From Calditrichaceae bacterium (lineage in GTDB: Bacteria > Calditrichota > Calditrichia > Calditrichales > JBFXGD01): 64,000 nucleotides of DNA. This document shows, piece after piece, positions 28,741-37,136 of this stretch (positions within the stretch are counted from its first letter, which is position 1; every line of letters starts with the position of its first letter). The stretch lies in contig JBFXLE010000012.1 of the NCBI GenBank assembly GCA_050173015.1, positions 40,745 through 104,744 of the forward strand, given 5' to 3'. Under the pieces are notes generated by a model. That model was given only the letters and a program-made list of their open reading frames with translations, did no database searches and had not been told where the DNA came from. The position numbers were made by a program, and so were the translations under genes.

Positions 28741-29441
28741 TATACACCTCCGTTTTCGGGATAAAGTGATTCCCATAATTCAAGACTCTTTTCCATCGCC
28801 TCGCGAACCAGCGGCTCAATTCGTTCTTTACCGTTTGAAATAGCATCAGTAAGAAGAGAGTAATATTTTAGTGAAGCTTGTCTGGTTTCGGGATGATCGA
28901 AATATTTTACCGCCAGGACTTTAAAAATATATGAGAAATCATTTAAGATAAGCATATTGACAGGATTTTTTGAATGCTTTGTCATGAGTACCTGGAGGCC
29001 CCAGTCAAATTCGGCGAATGTTCCGGGATTCTCTGTGCCGCGGTCAAAGGCGTCCAGATAATCCAAGAGCGTGTCGGGAGCATATAAAGCAGCCCTGGCG
29101 GCGATGGCCGGCATCAGATTCGCTCTGACATCCAGAAGATGAATAATGAGTTCTTCGGGCAGATCCTCACCGTATTTGGCCAAAGTGCCAAGAAGGGACA
29201 GCCCGCCTTTTTCCCAATAATCATTGACCATCGTAGGTTTGCCGTGCTGAATAGTGATCCAGCCTTCACCGGATAATCTCTTCATCGTTTCACGCAGAGT
29301 GGGGCGGGTTATGCCGATTTCTTCCGCCAAGGCCCTTTCAGCAGGAAGCGCCGATCCGGCGGGATACGTTCCGTCCAAAATAGCGGTCATAAGTTTGTGT
29401 TCTGCAAAAGATGCGGGTCTGAGCGGCCGATCGTTTTTCAT
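28740..29441 (-). CDS. fadR: FadR-type GntR transcription factor
   Basis: LPAERALAEEIGITRPTLRE...GWITIQHGKPT.VN.YWE..GL closely matches the enterobacterial FadR N-domain. Confidence 0.85.
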   Translation of the reverse strand: MKNDRPLRPASFAEHKLMTAILDGTYPAGSALPAERALAEEIGITRPTLRETMKRLSGEGWITIQHGKPTMVNDYWEKGGLSLLGTLAKYGEDLPEELIIHLLDVRANLMPAIAARAALYAPDTLLDYLDAFDRGTENPGTFAEFDWGLQVLMTKHSKNPVNMLILNDFSYIFKVLAVKYFDHPETRQASLKYYSLLTDAISNGKERIEPLVREAMEKSLELWESLYPENGGV

Positions 29442-29462
29442 GATCCTTCTTTCTATACTGGT

Positions 29463-29479
29463 AAGTGGTCATACCAGTA
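29463..29479. promoter_or_regulatory. Candidate FadR operator AAGTGGTCATACCAGTA
   Basis: 13 of 16 defined positions match the E. coli-type consensus AACTGGTCnGACCAGTT; overlaps the -10/+1 region of the fadR promoter. Confidence 0.7.
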
Positions 29480-29504
29480 TAGAAAATAAAAGTTCAACTG
29501 TCAA
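29476..29504 (-). promoter_or_regulatory. Sigma70-type promoter of the fadR operon
   Basis: TTGACA (29504-29499), 17-bp spacer, TATACT (29481-29476). Confidence 0.75.
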
Positions 29505-29525
29505 GAAGAAAATGACAGTTGAACT
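29491..29525 (-). terminator. Terminator of the upstream lipoprotein cluster
   Basis: 13-bp perfect stem AGTTCAACTGTCA/TGACAGTTGAACT followed by TTTATTTT on the minus strand. Confidence 0.65.
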
Positions 29526-29552
29526 GCTTCGGTTTAGAACCAACGGGTTAAT

Positions 29553-31022
29553 TTAGTTGGTATATCGGATAACGGACGGGCTTATGAGTTTGAAGTCAGG
29601 CATCGTCATTCCCGCGTCGGCATTTATATATGTCGGATCGCATATCACATAGGTCTTATTGTTGTACTGCAGTTTGTCGCCTGAAACGTCGCCCCCAAAA
29701 TGGACAGCGGTGCTGATATGTCCGGGATAATTCAATAAAATGACATCTAAGTTTAACAAATGGCGCACCAGGTAGGAAAATAAAATTGATCTGTCTTCGC
29801 AATCGGATGCGGGATAGAAAATAGTTTCTTCCGGCACCAAATATTTTTCCCGGTCAAATTGCTTGTCATCCGTTTTATATGCAAACGCGGTTTGTACAAA
29901 CCTCAGTAAAAAATTAACTGCCTGAAGTTCTGTTTTACCTTCCAGATACGGTTTTAATGAATTTATAACGGATTGGTTAAAATACTCCGATGTTCCGGCC
30001 GATAAATAAACCTCCAACTCCGTTTGCGGATACTCTTTAAAAAATCGGACAACATCATCGGTGAATTCCACATCCAGGGAAATGTCCTCTTGATCGTATT
30101 TAAAATTCAGCGATCTGGTTTCCGGGGAACTATTAAATTTCGGAACCCGATTGACCACAAGATTCACGGTGTTTTCGGCATCCTTATATTCACCGGTATA
30201 TGTAAAGATCTGCTGATTCAAATCCAGAATCTGATTCCAGTCGATGAAATAGTGTCTGATCTCATCAATCATCGTAAATTGTACTTCAAACATCTGATTT
30301 TTTACAGGCAGCAATAACAAAATATTGTTATTCTGATAAGCGACGCGCGCCGCCATACCCGATCTGTTGAGCAAAAACCATTCATAAAGAATCTGTTTGT
30401 TTGTGTTTCCGGGATAAACACTTCCCGCGAAACGATGTATCAGTAAGACATAACCCCAATCGTTGAGGAACATTTCTGCCCTCAGATTTTCCAGTTGACT
30501 TATCAGGCCTGATTTATGATCGACTGCCATCTTTTCCCACGCGTTACTGATAGATTTGTTTGAGACCGGAAAAGCGAAATCCCATTGGGGATTAACGGCA
30601 CATTCAACCCTGTATAAGGATCCGAAAAATTCAAATTCAACTGCCGGACTGGCAGGATCGGGTTCATGAGAAACAATATCAGGCTTCTTCACCGGCTCCT
30701 GGAGTGGATTTGGGTCATCGATAATTTTTATTGTTTTCGTCTGATCAGATTCCGGCTCAACGGGTTTTTCTTCATCTTTGGCAACCGGGATGGTGACTGG
30801 TTTTGGCTGGTCATCGGCCTTCAGCCCCTTTCGCGCGTCAAATGCCTGCCAGTCCTTCTCAAGAAAATTCAAAAAGGCGCGGTCCGTCTCATCAAGATAG
30901 TGGTTATACTGTTTTTGATCTTTTTTTAACCATTCCTTAAAGTCATCCTGAGCATGTAGATTAGTCATAGTGAGAAGTACGGATAATATGAAGCTGAAAA
31001 ACAGATAATTATATGCTCGCAT
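29553..31022 (-). CDS. Exported protein with C-terminal transglutaminase-like (Cys-His-Asp) domain
   Basis: Signal peptide; SDCEDRSILF, YPGHISTAV, YVICDPTY. Confidence 0.7.
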   Translation of the reverse strand: MRAYNYLFFSFILSVLLTMTNLHAQDDFKEWLKKDQKQYNHYLDETDRAFLNFLEKDWQAFDARKGLKADDQPKPVTIPVAKDEEKPVEPESDQTKTIKIIDDPNPLQEPVKKPDIVSHEPDPASPAVEFEFFGSLYRVECAVNPQWDFAFPVSNKSISNAWEKMAVDHKSGLISQLENLRAEMFLNDWGYVLLIHRFAGSVYPGNTNKQILYEWFLLNRSGMAARVAYQNNNILLLLPVKNQMFEVQFTMIDEIRHYFIDWNQILDLNQQIFTYTGEYKDAENTVNLVVNRVPKFNSSPETRSLNFKYDQEDISLDVEFTDDVVRFFKEYPQTELEVYLSAGTSEYFNQSVINSLKPYLEGKTELQAVNFLLRFVQTAFAYKTDDKQFDREKYLVPEETIFYPASDCEDRSILFSYLVRHLLNLDVILLNYPGHISTAVHFGGDVSGDKLQYNNKTYVICDPTYINADAGMTMPDFKLISPSVIRYTN

Positions 31023-31054
31023 TTCAGTTACTCCGTTGGCTATTAATTGTCATA

Positions 31055-32230
31055 CTAATGAATAACATCGGAACTTTCACGCTCATCATAGAGCTGATTT
31101 ACCGGAATTATTCTCTGGTACTCATCAATTTCAAATACATTCCACACATTTCCCCGGCTTTGACAAGGTATATCAAATCCGGCTTTCAGCGCCCCATCGG
31201 CATAAACATCAACATGGGCATGGCTATAAGATAAGTCAAAGCTGTTTTTGCGGTGCCGGCCGCTAAAATTATGCACGACATATCTGTAGGTTCCATGCAT
31301 TGGTTTATAAATGGTGACAGTTTCCGGTCCGTAGGAATGCTGATCATCAACATCGAGAAAATCCCTGCCGTCAATGAGCGTTCTGTTACGCCACCAGATA
31401 TGAAATTGTTCATTTGATCCGGATGGTCCGGAGAGATGGGCGTCTAAATCTTCAGGATGAGCACCCCAGGTCAAAACGATCCGGATTTTATCGATTTTTG
31501 GAGTGAGCGCGAAATTCATGCTAACCGGCAACTCGGTAAGGTCCATTTCAAATGTGTGCCGGGAAGAAATAAAACCCTCCTTTGTAAAAGTAACTTCATA
31601 TTGTCCATAATCAAACTTATGAGAAAATACTCCGTTTTTATCTGTTTGTCCGGAGCAAACTGTTTCATTGGTAGTTTTGTTTTTAACGATGACGTTAACA
31701 CCGGAAAGTATTTTACCGGTAACGGCGTGAACCATCGATACTTTATATAAACGCTGGGTCTCATACATTTCGGTTATCTTAATGAATTGGCCGTCAATAA
31801 TGGCTCCACCGTGGAAAACCAGGCCGGGCTGATTCTCCGGAACTTTTACTTCATATGTCTTATGATTGACATTATCTTCAACCCGGACGGAGGCATCCGA
31901 ACGGCTGAGCATCAACAAATCTTCAGCAGTTGAAAAGTCTTCATCAATCAGTGGATTTGCAATCCATATATTGGCGATACAATCTTTGGAGTCTATAATG
32001 ATAAATTCCTGAGTATCACCGTTAAAAGTTCTGTTAACAAGGATATTTCCATCACTCGACGGCTTTTGTAAATTACCTCTGATGGCTTCTACTTTTCCGG
32101 TATGGTAATATTGTAATATCCCATCGGCTTCCCCCATATCTGCCATCTCATCCCAACGGACAGTGATTTTGAAATCATAGGCAGACAGCGGCATTACGAA
32201 CAAAAGGACCAGGTAGAGAAACTTTTTCAT
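31055..32230 (-). CDS. Exported protein with a carboxypeptidase-regulatory-like domain and a YfaP/DUF2135-like domain
   Basis: Signal peptide; TDKNG.F.....GQY.V...KEGF; IVLTWG..P.DLDAHL, LDVDD..SYGPET.TI, Y.VHNF. Confidence 0.7.
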   Translation of the reverse strand: MKKFLYLVLLFVMPLSAYDFKITVRWDEMADMGEADGILQYYHTGKVEAIRGNLQKPSSDGNILVNRTFNGDTQEFIIIDSKDCIANIWIANPLIDEDFSTAEDLLMLSRSDASVRVEDNVNHKTYEVKVPENQPGLVFHGGAIIDGQFIKITEMYETQRLYKVSMVHAVTGKILSGVNVIVKNKTTNETVCSGQTDKNGVFSHKFDYGQYEVTFTKEGFISSRHTFEMDLTELPVSMNFALTPKIDKIRIVLTWGAHPEDLDAHLSGPSGSNEQFHIWWRNRTLIDGRDFLDVDDQHSYGPETVTIYKPMHGTYRYVVHNFSGRHRKNSFDLSYSHAHVDVYADGALKAGFDIPCQSRGNVWNVFEIDEYQRIIPVNQLYDERESSDVIH

Positions 32231-32258
32231 AAATCATTCTCTTTCATAAAAGTAACTG

Positions 32259-33062
32259 CTATTTATTACTATTTAGCATTGGGCTATAGATATCGGTTTT
32301 AGAAATTTTTGCTAAAACAAAAAATAATTGATTGTTAAAATCGGGATATCGTTGGACGATGGAAATATTCCGAACCAGAAACAATAATTTTAATATGGTA
32401 ATTCCTTCGATTCCTTCTAAATGTCCGGAGTTATCAGAACTTAGACTATAATATTTGACGTTATGCACTTCTACCGCGACATTTGTTAAGATGTTAAAAA
32501 CAGCCTGCTCTTCCGCGGTTTTCCAACCGTCATTTTCATTTCCGGTTGTGGTGAATTTTCCGACACCGTAATAGTACAGATCATCATCAAAGAACGAAGA
32601 TTCCACCCAATCCGGTTTTGTCAGGGTATCTACATCAATAACCGGGAATGGTTCTTTTGGGACTACAGCGAATGAATCGAGTTCAAATGCGGCAATATAG
32701 TCACCGAAAATCACATTAATGTCAAAATGATCGACTTCAGTTAATAGATCATATGTTTTGTCAGCTGAATCCGGTGAAAAATAATAGAAATAATCACTGT
32801 TCTGAAGCAGATCTTTCTCTGATGATGTATCGAAAACTTCGTATGTCCCTTTGACAATGCATTCCTTGTACACATTATAAACAGAGGCGGCGTCCTCTTT
32901 TGCTGTAAGTCCCCGGTAGCTGTACCCGGTAATAATATTTGCATATTTTCGCGGGTAAAGAAACCACTCCGGATATGAGTTTGCCGCCATGCCGGTGTTC
33001 ATGGAAATCACAATCAAAAATATAATCACTGAACGCGTAATCAAGTTAAGAAATAGTGTCAT
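32259..33062 (-). CDS. Exported protein with C-terminal LPP20-like domain
   Basis: Signal peptide; P.W motifs, YYYGVG....., A...A..NI helix pattern. Confidence 0.55.
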   Translation of the reverse strand: MTLFLNLITRSVIIFLIVISMNTGMAANSYPEWFLYPRKYANIITGYSYRGLTAKEDAASVYNVYKECIVKGTYEVFDTSSEKDLLQNSDYFYYFSPDSADKTYDLLTEVDHFDINVIFGDYIAAFELDSFAVVPKEPFPVIDVDTLTKPDWVESSFFDDDLYYYGVGKFTTTGNENDGWKTAEEQAVFNILTNVAVEVHNVKYYSLSSDNSGHLEGIEGITILKLLFLVRNISIVQRYPDFNNQLFFVLAKISKTDIYSPMLNSNK

Positions 33063-33087
33063 CCGGATATTTTATCCTGAAAAGAAG

Positions 33088-33118
33088 ATAGCGGAACAGC
33101 AGTTGACCGTTCCGCTAT
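33088..33118 (-). terminator. Intra-cluster hairpin or terminator
   Basis: ATAGCGGAAC...GTTCCGCTAT, followed by CTTCTTTT on the minus strand. Confidence 0.6.
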
Positions 33119-33128
33119 AAATATAAGG

Positions 33129-33725
33129 CTAATTGTTTTGCTGTTTCTCGTATTCTTCCATTTCCTTTTTTAATTCTTCATATGCCTGGGAAGCGCGAAA
33201 TCTCTCATAAAGTTTATTGTCATTTTTCTTTAATTCATCAAGGATTGAAAGATTCACATTATTAGGTTCAATCGCAACCACAGCGGCGCAGGTGATGACA
33301 TCAGAATCTTTTTTCTTCATATACTTCACTTTTTTTGTGATAGCTCCTCTTAACATCTGGCTGGATCGTGTTTTAATGACAGAGGTAAAAGCTTCATTGA
33401 TTTCAGTGTCGTCATTACTACCGATTTCTTCCTGAAATTTTTTGTTAAGTTGCTGAACCTGCTCTTCAAAAATTGACGCGAGCTGTGCTTTTGCTTCTGT
33501 CACGGCTTTCTTCTCCGCCAAATCGCGGCGTTCAGATATTCCCTGAGCCAACGCCGCCACTCCGCCTGCCTGAATAATGTCATTAGACAAAGTTCTTAAA
33601 TCCTGAAACGGATCTTCAAGGACTTCATATCCTTCAGATACAGCCGCCATTTTTTTTCCGCCGCCGCAAGAAGCTAAAAATCCGAGTGTCAAAAGACTTA
33701 GAAGAACAAAAATGAATTTCCTCAT
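33129..33725 (-). CDS. LPP20-like lipoprotein
   Basis: Lipobox LASC; G.S....A...A...AKAQLA helix; L.GA segment; C-terminal AYEEL..E. Confidence 0.7.
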   Translation of the reverse strand: MRKFIFVLLSLLTLGFLASCGGGKKMAAVSEGYEVLEDPFQDLRTLSNDIIQAGGVAALAQGISERRDLAEKKAVTEAKAQLASIFEEQVQQLNKKFQEEIGSNDDTEINEAFTSVIKTRSSQMLRGAITKKVKYMKKKDSDVITCAAVVAIEPNNVNLSILDELKKNDNKLYERFRASQAYEELKKEMEEYEKQQNN

Positions 33726-33828
33726 GATACTTCTCCTGTGATTGATTGAACAATATAGGTATTAACTAAAATCTTAACCTTTTAAATTTATTTCCTTAAC
33801 CTAAACAATATTCCTTCTTTAAGAAATT

Positions 33829-34872
33829 TTAGATTGAACGGATATATTCCATAAATTGTTTAAAAAATTGCTGATCAAGCTCTTTTTTCAGGGTAGTCAT
33901 CATTTTTTCATAGGCCTGATCTTTGGAAATACCCATGGTACGATTCGCATAGTTGAATGTTTTTAGAGTGAACTGATTAATATTGTCTTTAACATCCAAC
34001 TCCAGCCGCCAGTTGTTGCCGCTTACATCGTTCCTTCCCAAATTGGCCGGAGAAAAAATAAAACGGTAAATAATATCAAAATCAGCGGCTTGATTCTCAA
34101 CGATTTTAAATCCGATTTTTCCGACAATCTCCTTAATATAAGGGGCGGCTTTCTCGCTCTGCGCGCCATCCGGATTTAAACGGACAGTAATCGTTGAGAG
34201 CAGTTTTACTTTTTCGTTCACTATTTGGCTTACGGGAACGGGAGACAAGATGGTTTCACCGGTCACGGAGATAATTTTGAATTGTGATAATAAGAGCTCA
34301 TTCACATCCATAAGATCCGATGCTCTCATCAGATACGCGAATTTGACAAGTTTATTTTCATTTGCGGTGTATTGGGAATAGTAATCGTTTACCAGTTCAT
34401 AATTTTCTTCTATTTCCTGCTGATATAATTCTTCCGTATCCAGCCGGTTCAGGTAAGCCAGAACGTAATAAAGACCTTCAGCGGATGAAAAATAGGATTT
34501 ATCAATCGTAATGTTCTTGAGCGCCTGGTTGCTTTTAACATTTGTTTTGTTAATGATCTCCGCGGTTGCGGTAACCCCCTGTTTGTTTTCATAATAATTT
34601 TGGAGTACTGTTTCGTCTACAAAAACATTTGATTGGAAAACTTTGGAGATACTTCCGATGGCGTTATTTTCTGCATTAGCGCGCGTGTCGCCGCTTCCGA
34701 TTCCCACGATATATCTCGATGCGGGATATGAATTATAAGGATGATCAATCCAGTCGGGAATCATGTCATCGGTAGTAATGTTTTTATGCGCTTTCGGCGC
34801 CGCGCAGGAAGATAATATTATAAAACCGCAAAGTATGGTCAGTATCCACAAGAGTTTGAAACTATGCATCAT
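33829..34872 (-). CDS. LPP20-family lipoprotein
   Basis: Lipobox LSSC; PDWI, YIVGIGSG....AENNA...IS..F. Confidence 0.75.
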   Translation of the reverse strand: MMHSFKLLWILTILCGFIILSSCAAPKAHKNITTDDMIPDWIDHPYNSYPASRYIVGIGSGDTRANAENNAIGSISKVFQSNVFVDETVLQNYYENKQGVTATAEIINKTNVKSNQALKNITIDKSYFSSAEGLYYVLAYLNRLDTEELYQQEIEENYELVNDYYSQYTANENKLVKFAYLMRASDLMDVNELLLSQFKIISVTGETILSPVPVSQIVNEKVKLLSTITVRLNPDGAQSEKAAPYIKEIVGKIGFKIVENQAADFDIIYRFIFSPANLGRNDVSGNNWRLELDVKDNINQFTLKTFNYANRTMGISKDQAYEKMMTTLKKELDQQFFKQFMEYIRSI

Positions 34873-34880
34873 GTTGCCCT

Positions 34881-36305
34881 TTAGTTTAATGAAACCGCGT
34901 CGATCAGGTTAAAACCATTATGAACAACTGTGTATTGTTCTATCGATTTTGATTGAATTATGGATCCATAGCTGTTTAAAAAATTAATGGTGATGTTATG
35001 AACTCCCGGATCGATATCAAATTCGCCTATATAGCATTGATTTGGCATTGTTCTCCAGCAGCGCAGATCCGCGTTCTCTGTAGCGTCCACCCCCACGTCC
35101 ACCGCCGCATTCAGTAAGGTAGTAAAAAATCCGTTGGAACCGGTTTCCTTCTTGATTTTTTCTTTTGCTTTTGCGGCAGCCAGCCCCTTTGTCACGGTCC
35201 TAAGGATAGTTTTGAAATAAATAATGTCCTTTTTTTGCTCGAAGGTATGAATAGCAATTTTCCCCATATCTTCCAGTAGATCCAGATTGCCTAAATACAC
35301 TCCGTCTGCCATGATCTCGATTCGGCTTATGGCGGACTCGGCAGGCTTGAGTACAGGCAAGGAAAATTTAAAATGAAAACCGGGCTTCATTCCGGGAAAA
35401 GCAATGTTAGGGAGGGGAATGGGAACATCCAGCTCGCTCACTCCAACAGCGTCATCATAAGTTGTAATCAAGCCGCCCACCGGTTCTTTCGTGGGCGCGA
35501 GTCCTGTGAATGCGATAATGTTTAATGCGGACCTGTCATTTTGCTGGACATGCAGTTCATCACCGGAAGGCTCGAAATAGAATTTGTTTTTGACCGCATC
35601 GGGGATATTATGATCGTAGATATGAGTATTTTCATCCCAGGCGGTTTTTAATTTTTGCAGTGAAATTCGGCAATTATCATATTCACCATCAGCGCTGAAT
35701 ATCAGATAGCTGAGATAATGAGTTAAGACGTCGTCATAAAACTTATTTTTACTTGTCTGAATTTCAACCTTTGATTTTCCAGATTTATTCATATCGGTGA
35801 CAAGTTTGTCGTATTTGTCGGCTAGCGCGCGCAATTTATCGTTGACTCGCTTCGTTTCCACATAAGCGTCGTCAAATTTACCTAAATTCAGATAGTTCAG
35901 GGATTTGAAGATATTGATATAAATATTCTCATAAATTTCACCGGAGTAGTCCAATATATTATCATTCAGAAGAAGAGAACCGGCAGCTTTTGATATGCTT
36001 TTTGTAAACAGCTCTTCCATGGCCAATTCAGCTTTCTCGAAAGCATTATTACTTTTTTCGTACTCTCCGTTAAAGTACAATACCGCTCCCTTATCAAGAT
36101 AATAAAGCACACGGTCCTTTTTAGAATATTTCCCTGACTTTTTGGCATTATCAATTTTCTTGACGGCGTTTTCAAAATTGCCGGTGTGCAAATCCATCAT
36201 GATCGGTTCATAATGTTCCAACTGAGTCATGGTGCTCGCGCAACCGACAATTAATAAAAATGTTAGAATATAATGAAACCACTTCCTGTTGATCATGTAC
36301 ATCAT
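34881..36305 (-). CDS. COG3014-like TPR lipoprotein
   Basis: Lipobox VGC; LYYLDKG, Y.KSN..F..AE, NDN..DY.GE.YE, LNYL, A.VE, ADLRCWRTMP. Confidence 0.8.
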   Translation of the reverse strand: MMYMINRKWFHYILTFLLIVGCASTMTQLEHYEPIMMDLHTGNFENAVKKIDNAKKSGKYSKKDRVLYYLDKGAVLYFNGEYEKSNNAFEKAELAMEELFTKSISKAAGSLLLNDNILDYSGEIYENIYINIFKSLNYLNLGKFDDAYVETKRVNDKLRALADKYDKLVTDMNKSGKSKVEIQTSKNKFYDDVLTHYLSYLIFSADGEYDNCRISLQKLKTAWDENTHIYDHNIPDAVKNKFYFEPSGDELHVQQNDRSALNIIAFTGLAPTKEPVGGLITTYDDAVGVSELDVPIPLPNIAFPGMKPGFHFKFSLPVLKPAESAISRIEIMADGVYLGNLDLLEDMGKIAIHTFEQKKDIIYFKTILRTVTKGLAAAKAKEKIKKETGSNGFFTTLLNAAVDVGVDATENADLRCWRTMPNQCYIGEFDIDPGVHNITINFLNSYGSIIQSKSIEQYTVVHNGFNLIDAVSLN

Positions 36306-36381
36306 TCCTAATCTATCTCACCTTAGCCGGATTCTGGTTAACAAAAACATCGCCGGGTGAATCATTACTTGCTTTTGCCGG

Positions 36382-37017
36382 TTACCATTTGTAACGGTTT
36401 TGTTCGATCATCTTTTTGATTTTTTTATCGCCTATCCACACTTTCAGATTCTTCTCCAGGTGAATAAGTTCCAGATTAACCTGATAATAAACGGCTTTCT
36501 GACCTTCGAAAGAATCAACAATGGTATTTATACTGCCCTGAAGCATGTAGTCGGCGCCGGTTTCATTGGCAAGTTGTTTTGCCGTTTCCAGAGATGAAAA
36601 ACTTTGCTGATCGAGTCGTTCTTTCCGAATTTCTTCACGTTCTTTTTCGGATGCGACAAAACTGATCTGTCCGGAATTGATTAATTCTTTTTCAATGTCT
36701 TTTATGAATAAATCCACCGGAATATGTTCGCTGCTTTTGTTACGAATACTTCCAACAATAACAACGGGTTTTTCATCATTCAGATCCACATATTCGAGTA
36801 ACCATGGTTTTGAAAGAAGATCACGGATCATGGCTTCCGCGGTAAGCCGGGAATCAGTATCATTCCAACGTCCGCTCAGATCCGAAGTTTGATCCGCGGA
36901 AACACGGGTAACTTTTCGTGAACTCTGGCATTGAATTAGAACCGATGATAATAAAACTAACATGCCTAAAACCAGCATTCTTGATAAAAAACTTCCTGTC
37001 TTTAACATAACGGCCAC
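36382..37017 (-). CDS. LpoB-like (PBP activator / CsgG-TolB_N fold) lipoprotein
   Basis: Cys after a hydrophobic leader; DLSGRWNDTD, I.NKSSEHI, GADYML.G.I, YY.V.L.L.....N..VW...K.IKK. Confidence 0.8.
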   Translation of the reverse strand: MAVMLKTGSFLSRMLVLGMLVLLSSVLIQCQSSRKVTRVSADQTSDLSGRWNDTDSRLTAEAMIRDLLSKPWLLEYVDLNDEKPVVIVGSIRNKSSEHIPVDLFIKDIEKELINSGQISFVASEKEREEIRKERLDQQSFSSLETAKQLANETGADYMLQGSINTIVDSFEGQKAVYYQVNLELIHLEKNLKVWIGDKKIKKMIEQNRYKW

Positions 37018-37136
37018 CTTATAATTAGTAAATAATTCTCTGAACTTTTCTCAGGATCTACATTTTACACTACAAAAATATCAAAACAAATCCAAAAAGA
37101 ATAATTTTAAAGAACGGAAAAACACGAAAATAGTTT

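Noticed and set aside
28741-28776. Longer start for the AGPS-like gene; similarly 7589, 25506, 43546 and 47949 for other genes
   Set aside because: Downstream ATGs fit RBS position, translational coupling or signal peptides better.
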